A stretch of DNA of 63,370 bases, counting the filler, from Folioceros fuciformis (Eukaryota), in NCBI GenBank assembly GCA_049999805.1. It is 5 parts of 5 records of this genome, joined end to end, with 100 filler letters (N's around TTAATTAATTAA, not from the genome) between each part and the next. Parts side by side here need not be neighbours in the genome. Positions count along the whole stretch, not along the records: positions 59,008 to 63,370 come from JBNGIO010004460.1; 4 more parts are not named here. One strand, written 5' to 3'. The position numbers and the translations under genes were made by a program. Below, one piece after another: positions 59,008-63,370 of the stretch. Under the pieces are notes generated by a model that did no database searches, was not told the DNA's origin, and saw only the letters and a program-made list of their open reading frames with translations. Positions within the stretch are counted from its first letter, which is position 1, and every line of letters begins with the position of its first letter.

Positions 59008-60749
59008 CGGAATGTGAACAAACGAATATTTTCTTAGAAGAAAACAAGTTTGATAAATGAACATTAGGAAATACAAACGAACGAATATCTAGCTAAAATG
59101 AAATATAAATGATAAACGAATAATAGGGAATGCAAATAAATGAACAATGATCATTTATAATGTGGTGTTGTACCAAATGTGTGGTTTATATATAACAGTT
59201 TGTGCACTCTTATATACATTATTTGTTAAAAGCACACTCATAATTATGAGCTCAAATATTTCAATTTTAGATATGTTTGAAGGCTTAGATAGATTCATTC
59301 TTGTTTGGCAATCAATCTAATAGGAATTGGAATATGGTAGATCTAACAATCATGTTGTGGCCAAAATAAAACGGGAAGTACTCGAATGTAACATGGGAGT
59401 GCCAGTCATTTATGCTTTAATATGATCAATATCCCAAATGCCCAAAGAATCTTGCTTTGAGACTTTGAGGCTTTCTGTTTTGCAAAGAAAAAGAATTTAG
59501 AATTAAAGACATGCTTTAGCTCCCATGTTTGATGGGGTTCCTAGGAAAATATGTTGCTTGGATAACTTAGGGTTTTGGGTTCCCTAAACCCTAAACCCGC
59601 AATCATGAACCCTTCTTTAGCTTCTTGTTCAGCACTTACTAACCTATGCACTACATAAGTTCATAACGAAATCCTTTCATTGCGGTGGCGGAAGGATTGC
59701 ATTATCATACACTGAAGATTTTAATCCAAATATAGATGCATGGAGAAACAACTTCAAGACTTAGCCTAGGCTCCACTCCAGTCATTTCTTTCATGTATGG
59801 AAAGAGAGTAACTTAGAGACCCCTCCCTCTTTGCAATATTCTTGGAAGATTGTAGACATGGAAACTCTTAATTTCTCTAGTGCTTGTAAAAATAGTATTA
59901 GTCTTACTAATTGGTCCTATCTTCCTAACCGACCCTAGTTGCCACCAATTACCTTAAAGATAGGCCAACCTTAAGAATGGGTCGTGGGAACTTGACTAGC
60001 CACTACGAATTACCTTGAAACTAAGCTAATCTTGAGACTTGGGTGACGGCAGCTTGGCTAGCTTCTATTAATTGCCTTAAACCTAGGTCAAACATGTGTG
60101 GCTATGACACACTAAGAGGACAATCACCTAGCTTGAGTATTTTGTTAATTGCAACATTGGTCAAAACATGTGAAGGGAGACATTGTTACTAGCACCTACA
60201 TTGCACCTTCACCTATGCTCGTTTTCTTTGTAATCTGAGAACTCCCAAGTCACTCTCTTCTTCTTTTTCTTCCATGATCAGAAGAATCTTCTTTTTCTTC
60301 CATGANNNNNNNNNNTCTTTTTCTTCCATGATCAGAAGAATCTTCTTTTTCTTCCATGATCAAAAGAATGGCTTAGACCTAACGATGTTGTTGTCTACCT
60401 CCGTGGTGATGAATGCTTGGAGAGGCTATTGTGTTGTAGACATTTCCTTCTCATATGCAATCAAACGCTAGGCATCCATGAGTGTACGTTTCACCAAAAG
60501 TGTTGCATACCCCACAATTCCGTATTCTTGTACATAAAATTCACAATAGCATTGCAACCTTGTTCCATAAAATGAATCTAATCCATTGTTCCACCTTCAT
60601 TACATTAAACACCCTCCACAACGGGTTGCAAGTTGCACAAAATGCTTTCCATCACCTATTCACTATTATCACATAAAGCAAGAGACATTACAAGCTCCTT
60701 CATTACTAGACCATTCAACGTTTCATCTGAGGTGTGTATAAGAGCACTC

Positions 60750-62170
60750 CAAGCATATCTTGCACTTTCATAATGTATTTACAAATAAAGCTTTTCCTCC
60801 CTTGAGCACACTCATATATAGCCTACATGGAATGTGTATTCTCAATTGTATATGTCATGAGCATATGTTGAACTCATGTATAAAGCTTCGATGCAAGGTG
60901 GGGAAGGCAAAGTAACATTATCATCCTCAAGTAGAGTTGCCCCATCTATGGCGAAGGCAAAGTAACATTATTATCCTCAAGTAGAGTTACCCCATCTATT
61001 GCAGTGTGTAGTTTCTCATCGACTATGTTATTCACATACCCTTTAGGACCTTCTTTGCAATGGCTCACATACCAATTATGGGATGCAATTACCAAGTACA
61101 ATTGATGTAACAACCAATCTACTCATGTGCTAGCAACAGATGCCCTCGTAAGACTAAGTTTCTACTTAAAACACCAACGTCATGCCTTTATAGCATAGGC
61201 ATAGTCTTTCTATGCATGCAGAAGCATGCGAGCATTTTTTATGAACATGATTGTAATCAAAACAGGCTTTTTGAAGATGTGTATGTGCACAAGCTTGAAA
61301 TGGGAGAATACGAGGCTGGAGATATGAACTAACCTAGTTGTGCACCCTAGCTTATTGTGAAATAGCCTATGAGATATGGACTAACCTAGTTGTGCACCNN
61401 NNNNNNNNGGACTAACCTAGTTGTGCACCCTAGGTTATTGTGAAATAGCCTATGAATGGGTTGCCGTTTCTCCCACTTGGCACACTAGGAAAATAGCAAC
61501 TGATCACCCTTCCAAATTGCATCTCGAATTGATGTGATGGAGCTCTTCATGTACATCAATTCACCTAACTCATGCATATGGCTTCTTTGTCTACCCCGTT
61601 TAGGACTTTCTTAATAAGATTATGGAGCCAATCACAATGCACATGCCAAAGGCAAAGTAGAACAAGAACTTTGTAATTGTAATTGTAAACCTTTCGAATT
61701 GCAACAATCTCAGTTACACATACAATCATTAACCAATATTGCGGAGGGCAACCAAGTTGCATCCTTACTTATTAGAACCTCATGAAAAGATGTCAGTCAC
61801 GTGGCTATGGTGTCACTTCTACTGTCCTGTGCTAAATCCCATACTACTGAAATACAGTGCATGCGAAAGTCGAAAGCCATAATTGTGAAGAGCTAGTACT
61901 TGGTCTGGTACTTGGTCTGGTTTACACTAAATGTGGAATCAATCCCAAGCATATCATTCTTACTATGTGTCATACAAGTCTGAAGCATAAACGGGTCTGA
62001 ATCCCCAAACAAAACGGCTAATTAGCAGTGGACTTTGTGAAACACAAATGCAACATTGAGCCGCATCCATATACCCATAGTAATATTGTCATCCAGATGA
62101 TCTTTCCACATTGTACCCTTGCAAGTTGACAACAAGGTTGTCAATGTCTACCACGTATGAAGAAATCATC
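60750..62170 (-). mobile_element. Decayed MULE (Mutator-like) transposase/SWIM-finger element
   Basis: Minus-strand fragments, in the expected order and broken by stops and frameshifts: HLDDNITMGIWM, FVWGFR/GDSDPF, LGIDSTFSVN..KY*LFTIMAFD, KDATWLPSAILVND, VLLCLWHVHCDWLHNL, VDWLLHQL, and a degenerate SWIM finger (AIYECAQGRKSFICKYIMKV). Confidence 0.72.
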
Positions 62171-63370
62171 TCTACCCTAGACATATAGTGTCTTATCTCC
62201 AAACTTGTTGAAAGCTCACGGCATTTTAATCATCTCTACCCTAGACATATTGTGACTTATCTCCAAACTTGTTGAAAGCCCACCGCATTTTGCTCACACC
62301 TACATTTGGTGTTGTCTAAGAATCTCTGACACACAAACATTACACAATAAACCATGATTCACCCATGCGTTCTTGTCCACTCTCAATTGAGGAGCCCCAA
62401 CATCTCTTGGCATGCTAAGGTACTCTAGGTTGTGACACACTCTTCCATATTAACATCCACATGCATAGTTTCATATAAAGTTACTTGAGCAATTATTGGT
62501 CATCTTCGTAATTGTGCAATGGCAAACGAAGCTTGACAACTGTGTTTGATGATTTCATCGTTAGCCATCCAAGATTGTCTATGATCTGAACTGCAAAAGA
62601 ACAATTTGTTGCAACATCATCCATTAATGGAGCACGATCAATGTACGTGCATCCTTCCTAGCCTTCAGTCTTTCATCTCTTACCATGTGCCTTGCTCAAG
62701 TGCATAGCACTCTCTCTGCTCTCGTTCTCAATTGAAATAAACAAAGGGCAAGCAATATCACCACAAGAATTCCCACGACCATCATGGCGATGGCAACTTG
62801 AATTAGTTTCTCATTACTCCCATGACCCCGGTCGTGGATTAGCATGGATAAGAGAGAGAGAGGAGTAGGGGAGAGGAAGGCCATGCTCATAGCATGGCAT
62901 GACGACTGCTTCGGCATCGGTGGTAGGTAGGCCTTTGGTTATTCCATATCATGACATTTTAGAAGAAGTAGGTAGTCTTTGAGAAAACTGTTTGGAGGGG
63001 CTAGTACGCCTTTTGGCCTTTGGCTGTGCTTGGGTTGTTCCTTCTAACTTTGGGATATGTGGAGGCAAAACCCCGGGCAACGATTGCCAACGGGTTCCAC
63101 CTTTAGTGGCCACACTTATCCCACTGTCGTTGAGACATTGGGTTTTGTTCCCACGAAGGAGCGATGGGGTTCCTTGCTGCTGTGGATGGAGGGTCGGACT
63201 TGATCAACTCGATGATGGATTCGAGGGCTCCCCTCCAGCTCCGATCAGGCGTAGGACAGGCCTCGCTGTCCGGCAGTCAGCTGCACCTCTCTCGGTGCCC
63301 ACAAACTCACTCCAGTCACTACAACGACTCTAACCTCTCAGATCTGCGACTTCCCTCACACACTTCACTC

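Noticed and set aside
60255-60362. Duplicated sequence flanking a 10-N gap
   Set aside because: Likely overlapping contig ends or a collapsed repeat rather than real structure.

Overview
Eukaryotic (land-plant) nuclear DNA, gene-dense with short GT-AG introns. It is most consistent with a hornwort such as Anthoceros; this is inferred from the DYW:KP/'DRH' editing factor and the compact gene structure, and ferns or lycophytes are not excluded. The window appears to be five assembly pieces joined by N44-TTAATTAATTAA-N44 spacers. Piece 1 (1-26954): a partial RKD-like (RWP-RK family) gene, a ZCCHC10-like zinc knuckle, an LWD/AN11 WD40 gene, three PLS-class PPR genes, a secreted DUF26-like Cys-rich protein in an AT-rich island, XRCC4, a small secreted Cys-rich propeptide, PsbQ and the plastid S1/EF-Ts polyprotein. 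Piece 2 (27055-51862): a polyQ-BTB protein, golgin CASP, PEX11b, a C2-GRAM-VASt protein (BAGP1-like) and BRAHMA. Piece 3: a frameshifted RING-H2 gene and minisatellites. Piece 4: YchF/OLA1. Piece 5: a decayed MULE/SWIM transposase-like element. The highlight is the PPR cluster, where an intact DYW:KP (DRH-ending) candidate U-to-C RNA editing enzyme sits beside two deaminase-less E/E+ PPRs of the other two C-terminal classes (WW-like and PG). All calls come from reading the sequence and recalled family motifs; no database searches were run.
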